DNA of 64,000 nucleotides from Chthonomonadales bacterium. GTDB lineage: Bacteria; Armatimonadota; Chthonomonadetes; Chthonomonadales; CAJBBX01. The notes under the pieces were generated by a model, which made no database searches, was not told where the DNA came from, and worked only from the letters and a program-made list of their open reading frames with translations. Made by a program: the position numbers and the translations under genes. Positions within the stretch are counted from its first letter, which is position 1, and each line of letters starts with the position of its first letter. This document shows, piece after piece, positions 1 through 10,575 of this stretch. Location of the stretch: assembly GCA_037443035.1 (NCBI GenBank), contig JBBIPC010000022.1, forward strand, positions 1 to 64,000, written 5' to 3'.

Positions 1-42
1 GTTCACATGCGGCTTCTTGCGCTCGAACTTCTGCTTTCCCAT
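1..42 (-). CDS. tuf: Elongation factor Tu, 5' end only (runs off window)
   Basis: Reverse complement reads ATG GGA AAG CAG AAG TTC GAG CGC AAG AAG CCG CAT GTG AAC = MGKQKFERKKPHVN; GGAGG RBS upstream; follows fusA. Confidence 0.93.
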   Translation of the reverse strand, partial: MGKQKFERKKPHVN

Positions 43-64
43 TCCTTAACCTCCGCCCACGGGG

Positions 65-2158
65 TCAGTTGGTAACGTAACGACGGCCCTGCACACGGCT
101 CACCAGCGTTTCAGCCAGATGCCGCGGCACTTCCTCGTAATGCGACGGGACGACCGTCGGGTCGGCCCGTCCTTGAGTCAAGGAGCGAAGACTCGTGACG
201 TAGCTGAAGAGCTCCGCCAACGGTACTTGCGCTCGGATGATCTGCACTCCTGCGTGCGACGGTTCGATGCCCTCGATCCTGCCACGACGGGCGTTGAGGT
301 CCCCAATGACGTCGCCGAGGAACTGCTCCGGCGTCACGATCTCCACAGCCATGATAGGTTCCATGAGCACCGGCCCGGCCTTCCGGCATGCTTCCCGCAC
401 TGTCATAGAGGCGGCAATCTTGAACGCCATCTCGGAGGAGTCCACCTCGTGGTAAGAGCCATCCACGAGCCGAACACGTATGTCTACGAGAGGGTATCCA
501 GCGAGCACGCCAGCGTCCAGCGCCTCACGCACTCCTGCTTCGATGGCCGGGACAAATTCCCGAGGCACCACGCCGCCCACGATCTCATTGACGAACTCGA
601 ATCCGCCGCCTGGCTCCAGTGGCTCCACCACCAGCTCGCAGTCGCCGTACTGGCCACGTCCGCCAGTCTGCCGCTTGAAGGGCTCCCTCGCTCGCGCTGT
701 CTTTGTGATGGTTTCACGGTACGCGACCTGGGGAGCCCCATGGTTCACCTCGACGCCGAACTCGCGTTTCATGCGGTCGATCATGATCTCGAGGTGCAGC
801 TCTCCGACTCCAGAGATGATCGTCTGGCCGGTCTCAGGATCGGTACCCACACGAAACGTGGGATCTTCCGATGAGAGCTTCTGAAGGGCCAGCGTCATGC
901 GATCCTGGTCGGCCTTGGCCTTCGGCTCGATGGCTAACGAGATGACTGGGTCTCGGAACTGGATCGACTCCAGGACGATGGGATGCCCCTCATCGCAGAG
1001 CGTATCGCCGGTTGTCGTGAACTGCAGCCCGACAGCGGCGGCGATGTCACCTGCATAGACGGCGTCCACGTCCTCGCGTTTGTCGGCGTGCATGAGCAGC
1101 AGACGGCCTATGCGCTCCTTTCGATCTTTGACCGGATTGTAGACAGCCTGTCCCTTGCTGACGGTACCGGAATACACCCGGAAGAACGTCAACGTTCCAT
1201 ATCGGTCCGATACGAGCTTGAACGCCAGCGCGCAGAACGGCTCACTGTCGGATGCCGTTCGCGTTACCTTGGCACCGTTGCGCGGATCGATGCCCGGGAC
1301 GGCCTCTAGGTCCAGGGGCGATGGCAGGTAGTCCACGACTGCGTCCAGCAGCGGCTGAACGCCCTTGTTGCGGTAGGCCGCACCGCATGTCACCGGCACG
1401 ATCTTGCCGCGAATGGTGCCACTGCGCAGCGCGGCGCGGATTTCCTCGGGCGTGATTCTATGGCCGTCGAGGTACTTGGCCATGAGAGCATCGTCGCAAT
1501 CCGCCACCGCTTCGATCAGCTTCTCCCGCCACTCGAAGGCGGCCGACTTCATGTCCTCGGGGATGTCGCAGATCTCGTACTCGCGGCCCTCGGCGTCCTG
1601 ATAGATGACCGCTCGCATGGTCACGAGATCCACGATACCGCGGAACGAATCCTCCGCACCGATGGGTAGCTGGATGGGCACAGCCTCGGTGTGCAGCCGT
1701 GAGCGCATCCGCTCCACAACCGAGAAAAAGTCCGCGCCCATGCGATCCATCTTGTTAATGAATGCAAGGCGCGGAACGCGGTACTTGCTTGCCTGACGCC
1801 AGACCGTCTCCGACTGGGGCTGGACGCCGCCCACGGCACAAAAGAGGGCCACGACCCCGTCGAGCACGCGCATCGAACGCTCCACCTCGGCCGTGAAATC
1901 CACATGCCCGGGCGTGTCGATGATATTGATGCGGTGGTCACGCCAGAAACATGTTGTTGCAGCAGAGGTGATCGTAATCCCTCTCTCCTGCTCCTGCTCC
2001 ATGTAGTCCATGATGGCGGTGCCTTCATGGACCTCACCCATCTTGTAGGTGCGACCCGTGTAATACAGAATCCGCTCAGTCGTGGTCGTCTTGCCCGCAT
2101 CGATGTGAGCGGCGATTCCGATGTTGCGGGTTTTTTCCAGTGGGTATTGGCGTGCCAT
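65..2158 (-). CDS. fusA: Elongation factor G
   Basis: [23 protein letters not shown] and NKMD G-domain motifs; 697 aa; str operon position. Confidence 0.99.
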   Translation of the reverse strand: MARQYPLEKTRNIGIAAHIDAGKTTTTERILYYTGRTYKMGEVHEGTAIMDYMEQEQERGITITSAATTCFWRDHRINIIDTPGHVDFTAEVERSMRVLDGVVALFCAVGGVQPQSETVWRQASKYRVPRLAFINKMDRMGADFFSVVERMRSRLHTEAVPIQLPIGAEDSFRGIVDLVTMRAVIYQDAEGREYEICDIPEDMKSAAFEWREKLIEAVADCDDALMAKYLDGHRITPEEIRAALRSGTIRGKIVPVTCGAAYRNKGVQPLLDAVVDYLPSPLDLEAVPGIDPRNGAKVTRTASDSEPFCALAFKLVSDRYGTLTFFRVYSGTVSKGQAVYNPVKDRKERIGRLLLMHADKREDVDAVYAGDIAAAVGLQFTTTGDTLCDEGHPIVLESIQFRDPVISLAIEPKAKADQDRMTLALQKLSSEDPTFRVGTDPETGQTIISGVGELHLEIMIDRMKREFGVEVNHGAPQVAYRETITKTARAREPFKRQTGGRGQYGDCELVVEPLEPGGGFEFVNEIVGGVVPREFVPAIEAGVREALDAGVLAGYPLVDIRVRLVDGSYHEVDSSEMAFKIAASMTVREACRKAGPVLMEPIMAVEIVTPEQFLGDVIGDLNARRGRIEGIEPSHAGVQIIRAQVPLAELFSYVTSLRSLTQGRADPTVVPSHYEEVPRHLAETLVSRVQGRRYVTN

Positions 2159-2260
2159 CGTAGCTATCGAGTATCAGGCGTCTTGCAGCCTGCTTATTCC
2201 GTGTCGTCCGCCGCGGCAAGGATCACCGCAAGGCCGTCGAACCTGGCCCGATTCCTCCTC

Positions 2261-3130
<870 letters not shown>

Positions 3131-3300
3131 TCAAAGAGCCCCTCTCGCGCAGAGGAGGGGCTCACACGGACCGACATATGTCCAGGTGGTCAGTATCGAG
3201 CAACACTCAAAGGGACGTGATGCGTCTCCCTGTGTGGCCTCCTATGCACGTTGTGGGCTTGCCCGGTGTACCTGGCAGGGTTCGTCCGGACAACCTTCGC

Positions 3301-3330
3301 ATTATACACCGCGTGTCCATACCGTGTCAA
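3301..3330 (-). promoter_or_regulatory. Consensus sigma70 promoter of the str operon
   Basis: Minus strand reads TTGACA (3330-3325), 18 nt spacer, TATAAT (3306-3301), about 190 nt upstream of rpsL. Confidence 0.85.
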
Positions 3331-3381
3331 CGCCTCTTCGGGAGTTCGATTTCCCGCTGTCCCGGCCATCTCGCAGGCTTT

Positions 3382-4266
3382 CTAACGCTTGTTCTTTCGT
3401 ACGCGGACGCAGTTGCCTGTTGCATTATACTCCAACTTGTCGAACTGCAGCCATGCCAGGTAGATTCCCCGGCCGCGCTCTGCCAAGGCCTCGAGATCCT
3501 CGAACCTCTCGATAACGAGCTGCCAGTCAAAGCCATCGCCCTCGTCTTCGATGACGTATTCGGTGTACTCGCGCGTGCTCTCCATGTGGATCCGCACACG
3601 CCGGTTGGCTCTCGCAGGTTCGGCGGCCCGCGTTCGCCAGAGGTTTCCCCACGCGTCACCGCGTCTTGACAGGGCTTGGGACTTCTCCGTTCCTGTGATG
3701 CCGAGGTTGCCGTGCTCGATAGCATTGGCAATAAGCTCGCAGAGACCCAGCGTGCAACTAGTCGCGAGTTGCCTCGTGCGAGCCATCTCCCCTTCCTTGG
3801 TAAGGTACTCTGCGACGGTCGCCATTATATCCAACTGGTTGCCGATCTCAACATCGCATTCACGTCGTATCACGAACTCAGGTAGAAGTGTCGGCATCCT
3901 CCGAGCAGCGACAATAGGACGATACTTGGTGATGATGCCCTGAATCGTAGCGTACGTTACCGGCTTCACGTAGAAATCGTTCGCACCAAACTGCAGCGCC
4001 TTGATGGTGGTCGCTTGATCTCGATAAACGGTAGCGATGACGACGATGGTGTCCCGGTCCTTCTCTCGCAGCTTCCTCAGCACCTCGATTCCGTCTAGCT
4101 TTGGCAACTCTATGTCGAGAAGTACCAGGTCAAGGTCCTCATCCAGCACCAGTCTAAGGGCCTCTTCGCCATCCTGAGCGACCAGACACTCACAACCAGC
4201 CTTCTCCAACTGATCCGTGAAGTAGTCTCGCTGACCTTGGTCGTCTTCAACCACGAGTACCCGCAT
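3382..4266 (-). CDS. Response regulator receiver fused to an RsbW/SpoIIAB-like HATPase domain
   Basis: MRVLVVEDD...LLDIELP...KP receiver; C-terminal ELIANAIEHGN...IEDEGDGFD...GRGIYL; start reassigned to ATG 4266. Confidence 0.85.
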   Translation of the reverse strand: MRVLVVEDDQGQRDYFTDQLEKAGCECLVAQDGEEALRLVLDEDLDLVLLDIELPKLDGIEVLRKLREKDRDTIVVIATVYRDQATTIKALQFGANDFYVKPVTYATIQGIITKYRPIVAARRMPTLLPEFVIRRECDVEIGNQLDIMATVAEYLTKEGEMARTRQLATSCTLGLCELIANAIEHGNLGITGTEKSQALSRRGDAWGNLWRTRAAEPARANRRVRIHMESTREYTEYVIEDEGDGFDWQLVIERFEDLEALAERGRGIYLAWLQFDKLEYNATGNCVRVRKNKR

Positions 4267-4343
4267 GGTACATGCCTCATGTTCTCCTGATTCCCGGCCT
4301 CGCGTTTCCACGTGTATGCCTCACCTCCACGCTAGGTGTCCGT

Positions 4344-6050
4344 CTACTGCACGGCGCCATCCATGGATGGGCTGACGGCGGTTGCTGGTGTAACGTTCGG
4401 AGGCCGGCAGATGGCAGGCAGAATGATCGAGACCGTCGTGCCGACCCCCTGCTGACTTTCGACCTCGATCCGACCTCCCTGCAGTTCGACCATGTCTTTG
4501 ACCAACGACAGCCCGATCCCGGCTCCGCGGATCGCCAGACGGCGGGCTTCTTCCGCTCGATAGAACCGGTCGAAGATGTGGGGCAGGTCCTTTTCCGAAA
4601 TGCCCATGCCGTTGTCCTGAACGCTCAGTCTGACGTGTCCGTCGCCAAGGCACTGGACAGTCACGCTGACGCGACCGCCCTCGGGAGTGAACTTGATCGC
4701 GTTCGTCAGGAGGTTGGTGAGCACTTGTTCCATTCGCCGAGGATCAGCACGGAGCGCCCTGATGGACGGGTCCACGCTCGTCTCGAAGTGGAGACCTCGG
4801 CGCTCGATCTGCCACTGGAGGACAGTCGTCACTTTCTCCAGTAGGTCCTTCACGAACACGTTCGTTATATGCGGCTGTAGCGATCGACTCTCGATCTCCA
4901 CCAGCGACAGCAGGTCATCGATGAACCGAAGAAGCTGCTTGCCAGCTTCCGCGATCTGCTTCAGCGTCCGTGCTTGATCTGGCCGTGGGTCGTCTGCAAG
5001 TAGGGCTTCGGCGGGCCCGATGATGGAGCCAAGCGGCGTTTTCAGCTCATGATGCATGTTCTGAAGAAAGCGGTTCTTCGCCTCGTTCGCCGCTACGAGT
5101 TGGACATTACGCTCACGCAGCTCCTCGTTCGCTACCCTGAGTTCCTCGGTGCGTGCGTCTACAAGCTCCTGCAAGTGCTCCGCCTGCGCCTGAAGCTGTC
5201 TCTCGAGCTGTTTGCGGTCAGTCACGTTCCTGAGGATGATCTGGACGAACGGGTCTACACCTTCTGCTTTGATCAGGCTGATGCTCATTTCCACGTCCAT
5301 GGTCCCGTGTATGCGGTGATCGAGGTGCAAGTCCCGCTTCTCGCAACCATTCGCCGCCGTTCCGAGCACTTCCTCGAGGCAGCGCTGCACTTCCGACTGG
5401 ACGAGGCCGGGCAGCACGGCTGCCGCCCCGCGGCCGACGATGTCCTGCAAATCGCAATCCAGCATGTCGGCTGCGGTTGGATTGGCATCGAGGATCGTCG
5501 CGGATGCCGCGTCCACGAGAATGACCCCGTCGTCCGCATGCTCGAACAAGGCCCTGTAGCGGGTCTCAGCGATCCGCCTGGCCCGCTCCACCCTCTGCAA
5601 TTCCGCACGCCTCTGCCGTTCCGCCATAAGCAACTGGATGGAGTGCGGCAAGCGGTCTTGGCTATCCTTGGACATGAAGTCATCGCAGCCAAGCCTAAGA
5701 AGACTGGCGAGCTCTGATTCCGGCACGTGGCCCGACACCGCAATGATTGGCAATGTGGGATCCGCTTCCTTGATCATACGCACGGTATCTTCGGGACGCA
5801 TACCAGGGACTTTCCAGTCCACGAGCGCGACATCGTACGACTCCTTCAGAGCGTCGCGCAGTGCCTCCACGGTGGCAACCCGCGTCCACTGCGGCTGCAT
5901 GCCTTCGCGCTTCAGGGGCAGAGCCATGACCGCGGCCTGGCTCTCCTCATCGTCCACAATGAGAAGGCGAATCGCCGCGCGTGGTATTGATCTGTCGCCT
6001 GCCGAGGCTGCGGTAACCACCGCTCGATCCGATGCCACGGCATCTCCCAT
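4344..6050 (-). CDS. Hybrid sensor histidine kinase (receiver-PAS-HisKA-HATPase)
   Basis: N-terminal LLIVDD receiver; PAS (YRALFEHADDGVILVD); HELKTPL H-box; NLLTNAIKFT, DNGMG, GIGL boxes. Confidence 0.92.
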   Translation of the reverse strand: MGDAVASDRAVVTAASAGDRSIPRAAIRLLIVDDEESQAAVMALPLKREGMQPQWTRVATVEALRDALKESYDVALVDWKVPGMRPEDTVRMIKEADPTLPIIAVSGHVPESELASLLRLGCDDFMSKDSQDRLPHSIQLLMAERQRRAELQRVERARRIAETRYRALFEHADDGVILVDAASATILDANPTAADMLDCDLQDIVGRGAAAVLPGLVQSEVQRCLEEVLGTAANGCEKRDLHLDHRIHGTMDVEMSISLIKAEGVDPFVQIILRNVTDRKQLERQLQAQAEHLQELVDARTEELRVANEELRERNVQLVAANEAKNRFLQNMHHELKTPLGSIIGPAEALLADDPRPDQARTLKQIAEAGKQLLRFIDDLLSLVEIESRSLQPHITNVFVKDLLEKVTTVLQWQIERRGLHFETSVDPSIRALRADPRRMEQVLTNLLTNAIKFTPEGGRVSVTVQCLGDGHVRLSVQDNGMGISEKDLPHIFDRFYRAEEARRLAIRGAGIGLSLVKDMVELQGGRIEVESQQGVGTTVSIILPAICRPPNVTPATAVSPSMDGAVQ

Positions 6051-6077
6051 TGCAGGTCTCTCCTTGGCGAATCCCGC

Positions 6078-7535
6078 CTATAGATTGGGCTGTCGAGGCA
6101 TCCGCGCCCCGACGGATGCTCGCCACGCCTTCAGCCTCGCTTGCAGCTTTGCGACGATGGCCGGTTCCGTTTCGGCCAGATCCCTTGTCTCTCCCGGGTC
6201 ACTGGCAAGATCGTATAGCTCGCAGCGTCCGTCCTCCAGGTCCTCGATGAGCTTGTAGTTCCCCGAGCGTATGGCGCTCGCGGGTGTGCATCCTTGGTTG
6301 CTGTAATGTGGGTAATGCCAGAACAGATCCCGGCCAATACGGAGTGTCCCGCCTTCCAGCACCGATGTAAGGTCGCATCCGTCCCTGTGAAGGTCCGTGC
6401 GCAGTCCTAGACCGGCCATGCGAAGAATCGTCGGGAATAGGTCCGTCGTGATCACCGGCTCGCCGCACACAGAGCCTGGGGGAGTCTTGCCTGGCCATCG
6501 GACAATCAGGGGTACACGTATGCCCCCTTCGTACAGCCAGCCCTTTCCACCAGCGAGCGGAAAGTTCGACGTCGGGGTTCCTTCGGACGTGGAGAGCCCG
6601 CCGTTGTCCGATGTGAAGATGACAACTGTGCGCTGGTCAATGCCCAGGTGGTGCAACTCCTCCATGATGCGGCCGACCCCTTCATCTGCGCTGGCGAGCA
6701 TGCCTGCATAAACGGGCTGATTCTGCTTGATGCGTACCTGGCGCCCACGCCACTCCATGAACTCGGGCAGACCATCGTCGGCCATCGTCCTGGCCTTGCG
6801 CTGGAAGTGTTGTGTCCAGTCGTCTTTCGATTGTTGAGGGTTGTGGACGGCATAGTGAGACAAGTACAGGAAGAACGGTCGCGACGCATTCTCCCGAATG
6901 AAACGGATTGCTTCATGCGTGAGACGATCCGTCAGGTACTCCCCTTGGGCTCCGTTCCGCAGCGGCACACGAGCGTTTCCTTCCCCATACGGCCAGAAGT
7001 AGCTCGGCGGGTGACCCAGGTGACATCCCCCCACGTTGAGGTCGAAACCTTGACGCTCCGGGTAGTACGGTTCTGGACCAAGATGCCACTTGCCGATGGA
7101 TGCGGTCGCATAACCCGCCTCTTTCAAGCATTCAGCAATCGTCACTTCCTCGAGAGGCAAGTGGTCCAGGTACAGTGCGGGGAGGAGTCTGCCTCGCCGC
7201 TGCCCAACGAGATAATCCGTCAGACCGATTCGCGCGGGGTACCTGCCGGTCAGCAATGCCGCACGTGTCGGCGAGCAGACAGGACACGCGGCATAGGCCT
7301 GTGCGAAACGCATACCATTTCGTGCCAGAGCGTCAATGGCGGGCGTCTCGTAATACCGGCTGCCGTAGCATCCGACGTCATGATAGCCGAGGTCGTCCAT
7401 GAGGACGAGGACGACGTTCATGCGCGTTCCTGTCTGCATCGTCTTCCTAAGAACAGAGATCGCTGGTATATGGGCTGCAGCCGTTCGCAGCAATTGTCTG
7501 CGGGTCGTCGTCTCAGACCCCACAGGTCCGTCCAT
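6078..7535 (-). CDS. Sulfatase (formylglycine type), possible Tat signal
   Basis: MDDLG, CSPTRAALLTG (CxPxR), GKWHLG, SDNGG; N-terminal TRRQLL. Confidence 0.93.
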   Translation of the reverse strand: MDGPVGSETTTRRQLLRTAAAHIPAISVLRKTMQTGTRMNVVLVLMDDLGYHDVGCYGSRYYETPAIDALARNGMRFAQAYAACPVCSPTRAALLTGRYPARIGLTDYLVGQRRGRLLPALYLDHLPLEEVTIAECLKEAGYATASIGKWHLGPEPYYPERQGFDLNVGGCHLGHPPSYFWPYGEGNARVPLRNGAQGEYLTDRLTHEAIRFIRENASRPFFLYLSHYAVHNPQQSKDDWTQHFQRKARTMADDGLPEFMEWRGRQVRIKQNQPVYAGMLASADEGVGRIMEELHHLGIDQRTVVIFTSDNGGLSTSEGTPTSNFPLAGGKGWLYEGGIRVPLIVRWPGKTPPGSVCGEPVITTDLFPTILRMAGLGLRTDLHRDGCDLTSVLEGGTLRIGRDLFWHYPHYSNQGCTPASAIRSGNYKLIEDLEDGRCELYDLASDPGETRDLAETEPAIVAKLQARLKAWRASVGARMPRQPNL

Positions 7536-7553
7536 CGCTAGCTTCGTTCATCA

Positions 7554-7614
7554 ATTATAGCACCCGTAGCTCCGTCCAGCCGAACGGCCGAGGAGGTCCT
7601 CCATGTGATATAAT
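7554..7614. promoter_or_regulatory. Back-to-back extended -10 promoters (sulfatase and yebC)
   Basis: Minus strand TG-C-TATAAT (TATAAT at 7559-7554); plus strand TG-A-TATAAT (7606-7614). Confidence 0.6.
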
Positions 7615-7644
7615 CTGTGCGGAACATGTCGTCGGAGGAAACCA

Positions 7645-8391
7645 GTGTCCGGTCATTCCAAGTGGCACAATATTCGGCTGCGCAAAGGAAAGCAAGACGC
7701 AGAGCGTGGTGCTCGCTTCACCAAGCTGGCACGCGAGATTATCGTCGCAGCGAAGACCGGCGGCGGCAACCCTGAGACCAACCTGCGACTGAGGCTGGCA
7801 GTGCAGAAGGCCCGCGAGGCATCCATGCCTCAGGATAAGATCAGGAACGCGATCCAGCGAGGCACCGGTGAGGTAGAGGGTGCTGCCATCGAGGAGCTGA
7901 CGTACGAAGCCTATGCTCCGGGCGGCGTCGCTCTAATGATCCTCTGCGCAACGGACAACCGGAACCGTACGGTGGCAGATGTCCGCAGCATCCTGAACAA
8001 GAACGGTGGGCGCTTAGCCGAAAACGGAGCCGTGAGCTACCTTTTCGGACCGCCACAAGGGCTGATCACGATCGAGCGCAACGGCGTGGACGAAGACACC
8101 GTCTTGGCAGCGGCGCTCGACGCTGGTGCCGAAGACGTGAAGGCAACGGATGACGGTTACGACGTCTACACATCCCCTGGCGAGCTTGCCGCTGTCACAG
8201 AAGCACTGAAGGCTGCCGGATTGCCTATCGTCTCGTCCGACGTCACGCGAGTACCGACGACGACCGTCCACGTCGAGGGCAAAGAAGCTCAGCAGGTGTT
8301 ACGCCTGCTGGAGACGCTCGAGGACCACGACGACATTCAACAGGTCTACGCCAACTTCGACATCTCCGACGAGGATATGGAAGCAGCCTAG
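7645..8391 (+). CDS. yebC: YebC/PmpR family protein
   Basis: MSGHSKWHNI...TDNRNRT...EDHDDIQQVYANFD; GGAGG RBS. Confidence 0.97.
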   Translation: MSGHSKWHNIRLRKGKQDAERGARFTKLAREIIVAAKTGGGNPETNLRLRLAVQKAREASMPQDKIRNAIQRGTGEVEGAAIEELTYEAYAPGGVALMILCATDNRNRTVADVRSILNKNGGRLAENGAVSYLFGPPQGLITIERNGVDEDTVLAAALDAGAEDVKATDDGYDVYTSPGELAAVTEALKAAGLPIVSSDVTRVPTTTVHVEGKEAQQVLRLLETLEDHDDIQQVYANFDISDEDMEAA

Positions 8392-8501
8392 TGGCGGCTT
8401 GGCGGCGTCAGCGCACGCAGGCCAGGCTGCCGCGGCCAGCTCAGCACTGGCGGTCGAGCTTGCTCCTGCAGTAGGTTCCTCCAGAAGGGAACGCACCGGC
8501 G

Positions 8502-9779
8502 TTGACTAATCAGACGAATGGCAATGGCGTGCGCCTCCTGTTCTACGCCGAGTCGGGAGAGGGTCCGAAGCCTCCGATCGCGACCCTGTCGCTCGTCGGA
8601 GTGTGCTTTGTGTTTTTCGGCCTCGTGGCCGCAGTCACGCTATCGAACGGCCCTGAGCTTCCCATCCGTTGGTTCGCTTCCCTCGGCATCGCCCCGGGTT
8701 CCGGACGCTGGCACACCTTCCTGACCTACTGGGTGCTCCATGAGCACCTCTGGCATCTGTCGCTCAACATGCTTCTCCTTTTCGTCTTCGGTAGCTGTCT
8801 CGAAGGCGGGGTAGGGTGGCGAGCGTTCTTGGGGCTGTTTCTAACCGGCGCAGTGCTCACAGGGGCAGCCGAGGCCATTGCGGCCCAGTACGCACCGGTT
8901 CACGATAGCGGCGCGATGATCATCGGTGCGTCTGGTGCGGTAGCGACGGTGCTCGGCGCGTTCGTCTCGCGGTACCGGAGTACCCGGGTTCGCGTGACTG
9001 GCATACGGCTTGGCGTCCAGGCCCTCCCCCTCATTGCTGGTCTGGCCCTTGCCGAAGTCGGAGCGATCGGCTACCAGGCCCTCGTCTCACCCGAGCACCT
9101 CCCTACCGCAGCGCACTGGGCACACATTCTGGGATTCCTCTACGGCATCTCCTGGGATCAGACTGCAAGTGCGCTGACTGCCAAGCGTCGCGGCGTGCCA
9201 TCGCGCGCTACATCGGTCGTTGTGGATGTAGGACCAGGAGATTCCGGGCACGAGTCCGACCATTGGGAAGCAGTGCTGGCAGGTGCGCCGAGCGATTCCG
9301 AGGCCCTTGTTCAGTTACCCCTCGCACTAGCGGCGGAGGGCGACTGGGACCGTGCACACACTTCGGCGGGTCGGGCGGTAGCTGAAGCGCTGGAACGACA
9401 CGACAGAGCCACTGCAGTCACGCGGTACATGAGATTGCGAAGCCTGGACCCTCATAGCATATTGGAGGAACGATTACAGCTCGACCTCGCGGGATCCTTG
9501 GCGGACGGTCACCATTTCGAGGAAGCGGTGCACGTGTTTCATAGCGTTACGCATACGTCGCCGGACCCCAGTCTCCGCGCTCAGGCGACTGTCAGGGCCG
9601 CTGCATGCCTTCTCCGCTACCTCCACCAACCAGAGAAGGCGCACTCCTTGCTGACAGCGTTTCTGACGCACGCCACCGATGACGACTGGCGCGCCTATGC
9701 GACGAAGCTGCTTCGGGAGGCGGATGCGGCGCTGCGTGTCCGACGTAACGCTAGGGATGGAGATTCCCCATGGCGATGA
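8502..9779 (+). CDS. Rhomboid intramembrane serine protease with C-terminal helical (TPR-like) region
   Basis: HLSLNM, GASGA (catalytic Ser), AHWAHILG (catalytic His); several TM segments. Confidence 0.85.
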   Translation: MTNQTNGNGVRLLFYAESGEGPKPPIATLSLVGVCFVFFGLVAAVTLSNGPELPIRWFASLGIAPGSGRWHTFLTYWVLHEHLWHLSLNMLLLFVFGSCLEGGVGWRAFLGLFLTGAVLTGAAEAIAAQYAPVHDSGAMIIGASGAVATVLGAFVSRYRSTRVRVTGIRLGVQALPLIAGLALAEVGAIGYQALVSPEHLPTAAHWAHILGFLYGISWDQTASALTAKRRGVPSRATSVVVDVGPGDSGHESDHWEAVLAGAPSDSEALVQLPLALAAEGDWDRAHTSAGRAVAEALERHDRATAVTRYMRLRSLDPHSILEERLQLDLAGSLADGHHFEEAVHVFHSVTHTSPDPSLRAQATVRAAACLLRYLHQPEKAHSLLTAFLTHATDDDWRAYATKLLREADAALRVRRNARDGDSPWR

Positions 9780-10575
9780 GCACCAGGATGAGGCCTCCCA
9801 CCAAGAGCCGGTAGACCACGAATACGTAGGTGGGGTTGCGCCGCAGGAACTTGATGAGGAAGTCTATACTGGCCCATCCCACGAGGAAGGCTGTCAGCGT
9901 CGCCAGCGTAAGAGGTCTGGCCATGTTGGCGGTGACCATGTCGTGGCGATGCTTGACAAGCTCGTAGAGGCCGGCCGCAGTGATGGCGGGAAGACTGAGT
10001 AGGAATGAGAACCGCGCCGCGGTGGCACGCTCCAGTCCGATGGCCAGTGCTGCGCTGATCGTCGTTCCCGACCGGGATGCACCCGGAATCAGCGAGAAGG
10101 CTTGACCTATGCCGATGGCTAGACCGTCCCACACCGTAATCGAATCGAGCCTGCGACGCCTCTGAGCGCGAGATTCGACCCATGCCAGTATCACACCGAA
10201 CGTCATCATGCTAGCTGCAATGACCGTCAGGCTCCGCAGTGGTCCCTCGACGGCATCCTTGAACAGGACGCCACAGACGACGACAGGGAGCGTGCCGACG
10301 ACGATCGGCAGAAGCAAGCGCCTATCCGCCTGATCGGGGTTCCCGGGACCCTGCCGTGGCCTACCAAGCACGGCCATAATGTCCCGCCTGAAGTAGACCA
10401 ACGCCGCTAGCACCGAACCCAGTTGGCTAACTGCCGTGAACGCCGCCCCCAGCCCCGCGATGTCGCTCAGACCGAAGAGCCTAAGCCCCACAGCGACATG
10501 GGCGGTGCTGCTGATGGGTAGCCATTCGGAGAAGCCCTGCAAGAAGCCCAGCGCGATCGCCTGGAAGTCTGTCAC
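9751..10575 (-). CDS. uppP: Undecaprenyl-diphosphate phosphatase (BacA family)
   Basis: QGFSEWLPISSTAH, PGASRSGTTI, AARFSFLLSLPA. Confidence 0.96.
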   Translation of the reverse strand: MTDFQAIALGFLQGFSEWLPISSTAHVAVGLRLFGLSDIAGLGAAFTAVSQLGSVLAALVYFRRDIMAVLGRPRQGPGNPDQADRRLLLPIVVGTLPVVVCGVLFKDAVEGPLRSLTVIAASMMTFGVILAWVESRAQRRRRLDSITVWDGLAIGIGQAFSLIPGASRSGTTISAALAIGLERATAARFSFLLSLPAITAAGLYELVKHRHDMVTANMARPLTLATLTAFLVGWASIDFLIKFLRRNPTYVFVVYRLLVGGLILVLIAMGNLHP

